A stretch of 64,000 bases of DNA from Alphaproteobacteria bacterium. Lineage in GTDB: Bacteria > Pseudomonadota > Alphaproteobacteria > SHVZ01. Below are positions 9,041 to 17,719 of this stretch, piece by piece. The notes under the pieces are model-generated. The model was not told the origin of the DNA, ran no database searches, and was given only the letters and a program-made list of their open reading frames with translations. The stretch is from the NCBI GenBank assembly GCA_044223515.1, contig JBGALV010000002.1:64015-128014 (forward strand). Reading direction: 5' to 3'. Every line of letters starts with the position of its first letter. The first letter of the stretch is position 1. A program made the position numbers and the translations under genes.

Positions 9041-10143
9041 TGCGCGTCGTCATCGTCGGAGCCGGCATCCTGGGATCCAGCACCGCCTATCATCTCGCCA
9101 AGGCCGGTGCCGAGGTCGTGGTCGTGGATGCCGTGCATCAGGGCAAGGCGACGCTGGCCGGCGCCGGGATCATCTGTCCCTGGGCCAGCAAGCTCGACCA
9201 GCCCGCCTGGCTCCGCCTCAGCCTCGCCGGCGCCCGGTACTATCCGGAGCTGGCAGCCGCTCTCGCGGCAGCCGGCGAGACGAACAACGGCTATCGCCGT
9301 GTCGGCGCCCTGATCACCTCGGAAGATCCGGCCGAGCTGGCTGCCGCCGAGCAGCGCATCCTTACCCGCCGCGAGAATGCGCCTGAAGCCGGTACGGTGC
9401 GGCGCCTCACCAATGCCGAGGCGCGGGTGCTGTTCCCGCCGTTCCGCGAGGACCTGCCGGCGATCCATATCGAGGGCGCGGCCCGGGTCGAGGCGCGCGC
9501 ATTTTCGGCCGCGTTGCTGAAGGTCGCGATGGCGCGAGGCGCCGTGCACCGGAACGAGCGCGCCAGCCTCCGCATCGAGAAGGATCGTGCGGTCTGCCTC
9601 GGCGCTGACGGCAAGCCGATCCAGGGCGATGTCGTCATCGTCACCGCCGGCGCCTGGGCGCATGAGGTCCTGGGGCCGCTGGGCGTGGACCTGAAGGTCG
9701 AGCCGCAAAAGGGCCAGATCCTTCACCTGGGCCTCGGCGGCATCGATACCAGCAACTGGCCGGTGCTGCTGCCGATGAACAGCTACTACATGCTGGCCTT
9801 CGACGACTCGCGCGTGGTCGTGGGTGCCACGCGCGAAACCGGATCGGGCTTCGACTATCGCATCACCGCCGGCGGCCAGAAGGAAGTGCTCGACTTCGGC
9901 CTCGCCTACGCGCCGGGCTTGAGGAACGCGACGCTGATCGAGACCCGCATCGGCTTCCGCCCGGCCGGCCCATCCTTCGTGCCGATGCTGGGGCCGGTCA
10001 AAGGCGTCGGCGGCCTTCTGGTCGGCAACGGCCTCGGCGCCGGCGGGCTGACGCTCGGACCGATCTCCGGACGCCTGCTCGCCGAGTGCGCACTCGGGCA
10101 GAAAACCGCGCTCGACCTCGCCGACTACGCCCCTCTGCTCTGA
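9040..10143 (+). CDS. FAD-dependent oxidoreductase (DAO / D-amino-acid oxidase-glycine oxidase family)
   Basis: N-terminal dinucleotide fold VVIVGAGILGSSTAYHLAKAG. The ATG overlaps the upstream stop (TGATG), so the two genes are coupled. Confidence 0.8.
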   Translation: MRVVIVGAGILGSSTAYHLAKAGAEVVVVDAVHQGKATLAGAGIICPWASKLDQPAWLRLSLAGARYYPELAAALAAAGETNNGYRRVGALITSEDPAELAAAEQRILTRRENAPEAGTVRRLTNAEARVLFPPFREDLPAIHIEGAARVEARAFSAALLKVAMARGAVHRNERASLRIEKDRAVCLGADGKPIQGDVVIVTAGAWAHEVLGPLGVDLKVEPQKGQILHLGLGGIDTSNWPVLLPMNSYYMLAFDDSRVVVGATRETGSGFDYRITAGGQKEVLDFGLAYAPGLRNATLIETRIGFRPAGPSFVPMLGPVKGVGGLLVGNGLGAGGLTLGPISGRLLAECALGQKTALDLADYAPLL

Positions 10144-11418
10144 CTACTGCATCAGGCGCGGCAGCCAGAGCACGAGCTCCGGCACGTAGGCGACCAGGAA
10201 GATCACCACCATCCAGATCGCCGTATACGGGAAGAGCATGCCGAGTGCCGAGTTGTAGCTGATCCCGGCTATCCGGCACGCCACCATCGCCAGCACCCCG
10301 ACCGGCGGCGTCACCGAGCCCACGACCAGCAGCATGATGACGACGATACCGAAATGCACCGGGTCGTATCCCAGGTGCCGGATCAGCGGCCCCATGATCG
10401 GAACGACGATGATCAGCGCCGGCACCGGCTCGAGGAAGGTCCCGAGCAGGAAGAAGAAGACGATGAGGATGGCCATCGCCAGCTTCGGGTTCTCGGTGAT
10501 CGAGAGCATCAGCTGCAGGGCCTGCTGGCCGACGCCGGCACGACTCAGGACCCAGCTGAACAGCGCGGCGCCGCCGAGCGTGATCAGCGCGCTCGCCGTC
10601 ACCTCCGCAGCCGAGGCGAAGTTGCGATAGAGCGAGCCGACCGTGTGCCGACGAGCGACGAGGCCGTAAATCAGCGCATAAAGCGCTGCGACACTGCCGG
10701 CTTCGGTCGGCGTGAACGCACCCGACAAGATGCCGCCGATGATGATGATCGGCATGAACATCGCGGGAATCGCACGCGTGGTCGCGCTGGTGACTTCGGA
10801 GAAGGAGGCCCGCGGGATCGTCCTGGCGCCGGCGCGCGGCGCCAAAAACCAAGTGACCGCCATCATCGAGACGCCGGCGATGACGCCGGGGATGGCGCCG
10901 CCAAGGAACAGAGCGCCGATCGACACGCCGGTCACCGAGCCGTAGATCACGGCGATGATGCTGGGCGGGATGATCGGCGCCATCATCGCGGCACAGGCCG
11001 TGACGGCGACCGCGAAGGCCGGCTTGTAACCTTCCTTCTTCATCGCCGGGATCATCATCGAGCCGATCGCGGCCAAGTCGGCCAGCGCCGAGCCCGAGAT
11101 CGCGGCCATGAACATGTTGGTCAGGATGTTCGCCTGGGCGAGGCCACCGCGCAGGTGGCCGATCATCGCCTTGGACATGCCGACCAGCCGCTCGGTGATG
11201 CCGGCAACGCTCATCAGCTCGCCGGCGAGGATGAAGAGCGGCACCGCCAGCAGCGAGAAATTGTCGAGAGAATCATAGAACTGCTGCGCCAGGATCAGCA
11301 CCGGCAGCTGCCCGTCAATCAGGATCACCAGGATGGCGGCGAAACCCATGCAGTAGGCGATGGGCATGCCCAGGCACATGAACACGAAGAACAGTGCCAG
11401 CATCAATCCGATGCTCAT
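10144..11418 (-). CDS. dctM: TRAP transporter large permease subunit
   Basis: MSIGLMLALFFVFMCLGMPIAYCMGF... is a classic DctM N-terminus. The ATG at 11418 overlaps the dctQ stop. The longer ORF to 11742 overlaps dctQ in another frame. Confidence 0.85.
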   Translation of the reverse strand: MSIGLMLALFFVFMCLGMPIAYCMGFAAILVILIDGQLPVLILAQQFYDSLDNFSLLAVPLFILAGELMSVAGITERLVGMSKAMIGHLRGGLAQANILTNMFMAAISGSALADLAAIGSMMIPAMKKEGYKPAFAVAVTACAAMMAPIIPPSIIAVIYGSVTGVSIGALFLGGAIPGVIAGVSMMAVTWFLAPRAGARTIPRASFSEVTSATTRAIPAMFMPIIIIGGILSGAFTPTEAGSVAALYALIYGLVARRHTVGSLYRNFASAAEVTASALITLGGAALFSWVLSRAGVGQQALQLMLSITENPKLAMAILIVFFFLLGTFLEPVPALIIVVPIMGPLIRHLGYDPVHFGIVVIMLLVVGSVTPPVGVLAMVACRIAGISYNSALGMLFPYTAIWMVVIFLVAYVPELVLWLPRLMQ

Positions 11419-11924
11419 AGCGTGCGATCCGTCGGTTCGCCGGTGGGATTGTGCTTCTGCCAGGTCATGACCATGAAGACCGCCTCGATCGCGGCACCCA
11501 CCGGAACCGCGAGATAGACCGAGTATTTCGGTACGTCGAGAAACGGCGAACGCTGGAACCAGGTGCGGTCGACCAGCTCGATGCCGGCCCAGAGAAGCGT
11601 CAGCAGGAACGCGAGGGTCAGGATATCGATCATCATCATGACGATACGCCGGCCGGCCGGTGCCAGCATGAGCTCCAGCACCTCGATCCGAATATGGGCG
11701 CGGCCTGCGGCGACCAGCGCCGAGCTCAGCATGACGCCCCAAAGCATGGCGCCGCGCACGAACTCCTCGGCCCAGAACAAGGACTCGTTCAGCACGTAGC
11801 GGAAAAAGACCTGCAGGAGCACGAGGCAGAAGTAAGAGAAAAGCAAGACGACCGACACGAATGTCAGGGCCGCCTTTATCTTGCCGAAGAACAATCCGTC
11901 TTCCGCGACTGATGATGCGTTCAT
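11415..11924 (-). CDS. dctQ: TRAP transporter small permease subunit
   Basis: 169 aa with 4 TM helices and DctQ-like length and topology. It sits directly upstream of dctM with an ATGA overlap. Confidence 0.8.
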   Translation of the reverse strand: MNASSVAEDGLFFGKIKAALTFVSVVLLFSYFCLVLLQVFFRYVLNESLFWAEEFVRGAMLWGVMLSSALVAAGRAHIRIEVLELMLAPAGRRIVMMMIDILTLAFLLTLLWAGIELVDRTWFQRSPFLDVPKYSVYLAVPVGAAIEAVFMVMTWQKHNPTGEPTDRTL

Positions 11925-11930
11925 CTAGGC

Positions 11931-11960
11931 CTCAAAAAAACACCCCCGGAAGGGCCGGGG
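11931..11960 (-). terminator. Intrinsic terminator/attenuator between dctP and dctQ
   Basis: Perfect 10-bp stem ACACCCCCGG-aaggg-CCGGGGGTGT, followed on the minus strand by TTTTTT. It lies 7 nt before the dctQ start. Confidence 0.65.
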
Positions 11961-11985
11961 GTGTCCGTTTCAACACACTGGAAGC

Positions 11986-12990
11986 TTACGCCTTGCCGGC
12001 GGCCTGGACCGCCTCGATGTAGGCCTTGGCCTTCGGGCCTGCCTTGGCGACGAAGCTGTCGACGACTGGCCCCATCTTGGAACGGAATGACGCGACATTC
12101 GGCGAGTCGTTGGCAGTCGCCTTGGTAGTCAGGTCCTTCCAGGCGTCGCCTTGCTCCTTGAGGTTCGCTTCCCACATGAACTTGCCGGTCGACTCCACCG
12201 CAGCGTCGCGGATGACCTTCTGCACGTTAGCCGGCAGCGCCGCCATCTTCTTGGCGCTCGACATCATCGAGACCTCGGTGAAGATGTGGTGCGTGCGGGT
12301 CACGAACTTCGCGACCTCGTACTGCTTGCCTGTCTGGACGAAATCTGCCGGCCCTTCGAAGGCATCGATCACGCCGGTCTGCAGCGCGGTGTAGATTTCG
12401 CCGGCCGGGATCGGCGTCGGGTTGGTACCCAGCGCGCGCGCCATGTCGACATAGACCGGAATCTCGGGCACGCGCAGCTTGATACCGCGCACGTCGTCGG
12501 CCGACTTGATCTCCTTCTTCGAGCAGAAGATGCGGAAGCCCGACGCGCCGAGTTGGAGGATCTCGATACCGAGGGTCGACTTCACGTCGCCGACGACCTG
12601 CTGGCCGACGGGCCCCTGCAGGATCTTCTTCACATGGTCGTAGTCGTTGAACAGGAAGGGCACGGAGGTGAAGCCGAACTGCGGCTGCCAGTTGGCGAGC
12701 GTGCCGAGGTCGGTCCAGCAGAAGTCGAGCGTGCCGAGCTGAAGGGCTTCGGCGGAAGTGCGCAGGTTGAAGAGCTGCGAGGCAGGCCGGATGTCGATCG
12801 CGTACTGACCGTTGGTCCCCTTGCTCACCAAGTCGGCGAACATTTCGGCCGTCTTGTGCGAGATATGGGTGGTCGGGACGTGGTGCGAGAAGACAAGCCG
12901 CACCGGTTGAGCTTGCGCGCGCGTCACGTACGGCATGGCCAAAACGCCTGCCGCGGCGCCGTAGCCTAGGACCTTTCGCCTGGTGATCAT
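11986..12990 (-). CDS. dctP: TRAP transporter substrate-binding protein (copy 1)
   Basis: Tat/Sec-like leader RRKVLGYGAAAGVLAMP, then VRLVFSHHVP..ALQLGTLD..NDYDH, the DctP family signature. Confidence 0.85.
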   Translation of the reverse strand: MITRRKVLGYGAAAGVLAMPYVTRAQAQPVRLVFSHHVPTTHISHKTAEMFADLVSKGTNGQYAIDIRPASQLFNLRTSAEALQLGTLDFCWTDLGTLANWQPQFGFTSVPFLFNDYDHVKKILQGPVGQQVVGDVKSTLGIEILQLGASGFRIFCSKKEIKSADDVRGIKLRVPEIPVYVDMARALGTNPTPIPAGEIYTALQTGVIDAFEGPADFVQTGKQYEVAKFVTRTHHIFTEVSMMSSAKKMAALPANVQKVIRDAAVESTGKFMWEANLKEQGDAWKDLTTKATANDSPNVASFRSKMGPVVDSFVAKAGPKAKAYIEAVQAAGKA

Positions 12991-13089
12991 GTCGTTTCCT
13001 CCGTGTTTGCGGCCGTATCCCGGCCTTTGATTTATTCCGGCCCTTCGCGCTCTCTCCGAGCGTCGAAGGGCCGCCTTTTTGTCCCTAGC

Positions 13090-14088
13090 TTACGCCGCCT
13101 TCTGCGTTGCCTCGATATATGCCTTTGCCTTCGGACCGGCCTTGGCGACGAAGTTGTCGAGCACGGGCCCCATCTTTGAGCGGAAGGACGCGATGTCGGG
13201 CGACGCGTTCGCCTTGACCTTGGTCGCCAGGAAATTCCAGGCGTCCTGCTGCTCCTTCAGGTTCGCCTCCCACATGTACTTCTGCACCTGCTCGACCGAG
13301 GCGTCGCGGATCGCCTTCTGCACGTTGGCCGGCAGCGTCGCCATCTTCTTGGCGCTGGCGAACATCGAGACTTCGGTGAAGATGTGGTGGGTCTTCGTCG
13401 CGAAGCCCGCAACCTCGTAGCTCCTGGCCGAGACGATGAAGTCGGCCGGCACCTCGATCGCATCGACGACGCCAGTCTGCAGCGCCGTGTAGATCTCGCC
13501 CGCAGGAATCGGCGTCGGATTGGCGCCGATCGCCTTCGCCATCTCGACCCAGGTCGGGATCTCGGGCACGCGCAGCTTGATGCCGCGGCAATCTTCCGCC
13601 TTGTCGATCTGCTTCTTGGAAAGGAAGACGCGGAAGCCCGAGGCCCCGAGCGACAGGGTCTCGATGCCGAGCGTGTCCTTGGTCTCCTTGGCGATCTGCT
13701 CGCCGATCGGCCCGTAGAGGACTTTCTTGATGTGGTCGTAGTCGTTGAACAGGAACGGCATCGAGACGAATCCGAACTGCGGCTGCCAGTTCGCGAGTGT
13801 GCCGAGATCGCTCCAGCACAGGTCGAGCGTTCCCAGCTGGAGCGCCTCGGCCGAGGTGCGGAGATTGAACAGCTGAGAGGCCGGCTTGATGTCGATCGTG
13901 ACCTGTCCGTTGGTCGCGTTCTTGACCTGCTCCGCCATCTTCTCGGCCACGCCGTGGATCAGGTGCGCCGTCGGAACATGGTGCGAGAACACCAGCCGGA
14001 TCGCCTGAGCGCGTGCTACATGCGGCATGGCCAGCACGCCCGCGGCCGCGCCGTAGCCCAAAAGTTTCCGCCTGGAAATCTTCGTCAT
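13090..14088 (-). CDS. dctP: TRAP transporter substrate-binding protein (copy 2, tandem paralog)
   Basis: About 70% identical to copy 1 over its full length. Shared blocks include LRTSAEALQLGTLD and GFxSxPFLFNDYDH. Confidence 0.85.
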   Translation of the reverse strand: MTKISRRKLLGYGAAAGVLAMPHVARAQAIRLVFSHHVPTAHLIHGVAEKMAEQVKNATNGQVTIDIKPASQLFNLRTSAEALQLGTLDLCWSDLGTLANWQPQFGFVSMPFLFNDYDHIKKVLYGPIGEQIAKETKDTLGIETLSLGASGFRVFLSKKQIDKAEDCRGIKLRVPEIPTWVEMAKAIGANPTPIPAGEIYTALQTGVVDAIEVPADFIVSARSYEVAGFATKTHHIFTEVSMFASAKKMATLPANVQKAIRDASVEQVQKYMWEANLKEQQDAWNFLATKVKANASPDIASFRSKMGPVLDNFVAKAGPKAKAYIEATQKAA

Positions 14089-14329
14089 CGACGTCTCCCC
14101 CTATGGCCTGAGCACGGCCGCTACAGTTGCGATAGCCGGTTTCTTGGATCGTTTCGGACCACGAAACCTTTCATTTATTTAAACTTAGTCTAGCGAGAGC
14201 CTGTCATTGAAGGCAAGCAACTCCGGCGCTAAACTGCAGCCGTATTTCTCATGGGTCGTCGTTCCGGAAATGTTACCGCTACCATAGCGGCATCGAGGCA
14301 GGCGCCGAGCGCCCAGCGGAGTCCAAGGC

Positions 14330-15232
14330 ATGATCAGCGACAAGGATGTCGAAACCTACAACAAGCGCGGCTACCTGGTCGTGCCGAACGTGCTGACCGA
14401 TGCCGAGGTCGCCGAACTCCGCCAGGTGACCGAAGAGTTCGTCGAGAAGTCGCGTGCCGTCAGCGAGCACACCGACATCTTCGACCTCGAGCCCGGCCAC
14501 ACCAAGGACTCGCCGAAGGTCCGCCGCATCAAGACCCCGCATGCCTGGCATCCGGTCTACGAGAAGATGGTCAAGCATCCGAAGATCCTTTCGGTGCTGC
14601 AGAAGCTGTGGGGACCGAGCATCCGCTTCGACGTTTCCAAGCTGAACCTCAAGTCCGCGGGCTTCGGCTCGCCGATCGAGTGGCACCAGGACTGGGCTTT
14701 CTATCCCCACACCAACGACGATCTCGCCGCCGTCGGCATCATGATCGACGATTTCAAGCCCGATAACGGCGCAATGATGGTGATCCCGGGAAGCCACAAG
14801 GGCCCAACCTACGACCACCACTCGAACGGCTATTTCGTCGGCGGCATCGACCCGTCGAAGTCGAACATCGACTTCTCGAAGGCTGTGCAGTGCCTGGGCA
14901 AGGCCGGATCGATCACCATCCATCACGTCCGCCTGCTGCATGCGTCGGCCGCCAACATCTCGGGCGAGCCGCGCCGCTTCCTGCTGCACCAGTACCGCAC
15001 TGCCGACGCGTGGCCGCTGATCTACAAGCCGGAGTCGTTCGAGAAGTGGGAGGCCATGCTGGTCTGCGGCGAAGAGACCGTGGCACCGCGGATGAAGGAG
15101 CTGCCCATCCGCCTCCCCTATCCGCCGGCACCGAACCAGGGCTCGATCTACGAGAACCAGCGCGACCTCGAGACCAAATTCTTCAAGACCGCCGAAGAGA
15201 TGGCGGAGAAGAAGCTCGAACCGGCGCAGTAA
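14330..15232 (+). CDS. phytanoyl-CoA dioxygenase (PhyH) family Fe(II)/2OG oxygenase (second copy)
   Basis: HxD...H facial triad context (WHQDWAFYPH ... SITIHHVRLLHAS). Distinct from the first PhyH, at about 25% identity. Confidence 0.75.
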   Translation: MISDKDVETYNKRGYLVVPNVLTDAEVAELRQVTEEFVEKSRAVSEHTDIFDLEPGHTKDSPKVRRIKTPHAWHPVYEKMVKHPKILSVLQKLWGPSIRFDVSKLNLKSAGFGSPIEWHQDWAFYPHTNDDLAAVGIMIDDFKPDNGAMMVIPGSHKGPTYDHHSNGYFVGGIDPSKSNIDFSKAVQCLGKAGSITIHHVRLLHASAANISGEPRRFLLHQYRTADAWPLIYKPESFEKWEAMLVCGEETVAPRMKELPIRLPYPPAPNQGSIYENQRDLETKFFKTAEEMAEKKLEPAQ

Positions 15233-15259
15233 CCGCGCTCCCGCTTTCAGTTATGCCGA

Positions 15260-15292
15260 GCCGCCCGCAACACTCATTGCGGGCGGCTTTTT
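15260..15292 (+). terminator. Intrinsic terminator after second phyH
   Basis: Stem GCCGCCCGC-aacactcatt-GCGGGCGGC, then TTTTT. Confidence 0.6.
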
Positions 15293-15308
15293 CATGTCCG
15301 GAGTCTCC

Positions 15309-16553
15309 ATGAGCGTCATCGACCTGGTCGAAGTGCACGAGTTCACCTTCGAGGCCGAGAACATGGGCGTCGAAGCCTCGGGCTCGAGCGCCATCGGCAA
15401 CATCGGCTACGTGCCGGGCAGCAAGCTCACCATGTCCAAGTATGCCGTGGTGATCGGCACCAAGGATGGCGCCCGCGGCGAGTACGTGGCGCTATGGGGC
15501 GGACACAAGGCGGCGCTGGCACAGACCCTCATGCTGGCCCCGAGCCTCATCGGCCGCAACGCCGATGAGCGAGAGATTATCTACGATGACCTCAAGCGCG
15601 AGATCCGACAGCTCGATCACGTGGGCCACGGGATCCTCGACATCGCGCTCTGGGATCTCGCCGGCAAGAAGTTCGGCGCCTCGGTGACGCAGCTGCTCGG
15701 CGGGTATCGGAAACGGCTCAAGGCCTACGCATCCACCTATCACGCCGACCGCAACGGCGGGCTCGACTCCAAGGAGGCCTTCGTCGCCTTCGCCGAGGAG
15801 TGCTACGACCTCGGCTACCGCGCCTTCAAGATCCATGGCTGGCACGACGGCGACGTGAAGGAGGAAGCCGACAACGTCCGCTACATGGGCAAGAAAATGG
15901 GCGATCGGATGACGCTCATGATCGACCCGGCCTGCGAGCTCCGCACCTTTGCCGATGCGCTGGCGGTCGGACGCGCATGCGACGATGCCAACTTCTTCTG
16001 GTACGAGGATCCGTTCCGCGACTCGGGCGTCTCTGCCTTCGCGCACAAGAAGCTGCGCGAGATGATCAGAACGCCGCTGCTCCAGACGGAGCATGTGCGC
16101 GGCGTCGAGCCCAAGGCCGACTTCCTCATCGCCGGTGGCACCGACTTCCTCCGCGCCGACCCCGAATACGACATGGGCATCACCGGCACGATGAAGATCG
16201 CGCATCTGGCCGAGGCGTTCGGCGTCGATGTCGAGGTGCACGCCTCCGGGCCGGCGCACCGGCACTGCATGGCGGCGATCCGCAATACGAACTTCTACGA
16301 AGTCGCACTGGTCGGTCCGAACTGCCCGAACGCGCAGCCCCCGGTCTATGCCTGCGGCTATTCAGACCAGCTTGAGGCGATCGGCAAGGACGGATGCTTC
16401 CCGGTACCTGACGGCCCCGGTCTCGGCGTCACTTATGACTGGAAGTTCATCGACAAGCGCCGGACACAGCTCCATCGCTTCGGCGGCGAACGGAAATCGG
16501 TCCCCGTGACGCAGAACGACCGCACCAAGGCGAAGCCCCGGCGCGGTCGCTAG
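15309..16553 (+). CDS. enolase-superfamily (MR/MLE) enzyme, second copy
   Basis: MSVIDLVEVHEF... with the KxK/D/E/D ligand pattern. A GGAG RBS precedes the ATG at 15309. The ATG at 15294 abuts the terminator T-run. Confidence 0.7.
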   Translation: MSVIDLVEVHEFTFEAENMGVEASGSSAIGNIGYVPGSKLTMSKYAVVIGTKDGARGEYVALWGGHKAALAQTLMLAPSLIGRNADEREIIYDDLKREIRQLDHVGHGILDIALWDLAGKKFGASVTQLLGGYRKRLKAYASTYHADRNGGLDSKEAFVAFAEECYDLGYRAFKIHGWHDGDVKEEADNVRYMGKKMGDRMTLMIDPACELRTFADALAVGRACDDANFFWYEDPFRDSGVSAFAHKKLREMIRTPLLQTEHVRGVEPKADFLIAGGTDFLRADPEYDMGITGTMKIAHLAEAFGVDVEVHASGPAHRHCMAAIRNTNFYEVALVGPNCPNAQPPVYACGYSDQLEAIGKDGCFPVPDGPGLGVTYDWKFIDKRRTQLHRFGGERKSVPVTQNDRTKAKPRRGR

Positions 16554-16564
16554 ATCGAGTTGCC

Positions 16565-17611
16565 TCAGCGAAGGACGACGCGCGTCCCGATCGTCCGGCA
16601 GGAGAGCGCGCCGACCACCGAGGCGATTGCGCCGATGGCCAGCGACAGGAAGGCGAGGAGCGCACCGAGCGCCCCGGCCTTCGCGGCCTTGTCGGCCACC
16701 TCCTTCGCCTGCTTCTCGGCTTCCGCCCGCGCCGACTTGATCCGCTGCTCCGCCTCGCCGACCCGCTGCTCGGCGTCGGCTTGGCTGATGCCGTTGTACC
16801 GCGCCAGCAGGCTCGCGAGATAGGTCCTCTCCGACGGCGCCAGCCCGTTCCGGCCCCATGCCCGTGTCAGGATGTTGCCGGCCTCGTCCATCGCATCGTC
16901 GCCGTAGTCGGGCCTGCTCTGCTGCTGACCGCCCTGCTGCTGGCCCTGGGCGGACGAACCGGCGGCCGTCGGCGCAATCGGGGCGGCCGGCGACGCCGAG
17001 CTTGCGGTCGTCGCGGTCGAAGAAGCAGGAGCGGACGTCGATGACTGCGCCTGACCGGACGATGCCGGCGGCGAGAAGAGTTGTCGGACATGGAAGCCCA
17101 TGTCCATGTGGTCGTCATCCTCCGCCATGGCAGCGCCACCGGCGCCGAGACCAGCGGCGGCGCCTCCAGCCGCCATCTGAGCGGTGTCGGCAGCGAAGCC
17201 GACGACGCTGCTCAAGGCCGACAAGCCGAGAAGGCTGGCGCCGACCGTGGCGATCGCCCAGACGGTCAGACCGTGGGCGGCGCAGCGGAAGCGGAAGTCC
17301 TTAACGTCCATGGTCGTCTCGTTCATCGCCGAGCGGCCGGCGACGTAGCCGCCGACGCCCATGCCGACGATGTTGACGATAAAGAGCCAGATGAGGGCGC
17401 CGAGGCCGATCGACTGCGCCGACGGACCTTCGTAAGGATCGGCCAGCGTGAATCCGAGGGCGGCGCCGGCAACGCTGAGGCAGATCGAGGCGGCGAGCCC
17501 GATGAAGGCGCCGGCGATCACCGCGTCCCAGGCAATGGCGCGGCGGTTTTCGACCAGCACGTCGGGCGTGTCGGCCGGCACCCCGGAAACCGTCCGGGTA
17601 GGAGCTGTCAT
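16565..17611 (-). CDS. hypothetical membrane protein with Gln/Ser/Ala-rich low-complexity linker and C-terminal coiled coil plus TM
   Basis: Three predicted N-terminal TM helices, a long ASSTATTASSASPAAPIAPTAAGSSAQGQQQGGQQQ tract, then AEQRVGEAEQRIKSARAEAEKQAKE and a C-terminal TM. A GGAGA RBS precedes the ATG at 17611. Confidence 0.5.
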   Translation of the reverse strand: MTAPTRTVSGVPADTPDVLVENRRAIAWDAVIAGAFIGLAASICLSVAGAALGFTLADPYEGPSAQSIGLGALIWLFIVNIVGMGVGGYVAGRSAMNETTMDVKDFRFRCAAHGLTVWAIATVGASLLGLSALSSVVGFAADTAQMAAGGAAAGLGAGGAAMAEDDDHMDMGFHVRQLFSPPASSGQAQSSTSAPASSTATTASSASPAAPIAPTAAGSSAQGQQQGGQQQSRPDYGDDAMDEAGNILTRAWGRNGLAPSERTYLASLLARYNGISQADAEQRVGEAEQRIKSARAEAEKQAKEVADKAAKAGALGALLAFLSLAIGAIASVVGALSCRTIGTRVVLR

Positions 17612-17675
17612 AGGCAAATCTCCGAGGTTGAGGCGCACCCGCTATCAGGGCGTCGTGCGCTCAACTCGGAGGTCG

Positions 17676-17704
17676 CAGAAAAGTTCCCCTTTCAGAGGGA
17701 ACTT
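17676..17704 (-). terminator. Intrinsic terminator downstream of the sugar-phosphate isomerase gene
   Basis: Perfect palindrome AAGTTCCC-ctttcaga-GGGAACTT, followed on the minus strand by TTTTCT. Confidence 0.6.
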
Positions 17705-17719
17705 GTCACTGGTTGCGGC

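Noticed and set aside
10354-11517. 387-aa plus-strand ORF antisense to dctM (and similar antisense ORFs at 21147..22892, 26839..28773, 17081..18664, 52584..54113, 23517..24506)
   Set aside because: These are typical high-GC antisense shadow ORFs. The translations are dominated by Arg/Asp/His/Gly runs and have no motifs, and each lies fully inside a well-supported gene on the other strand.
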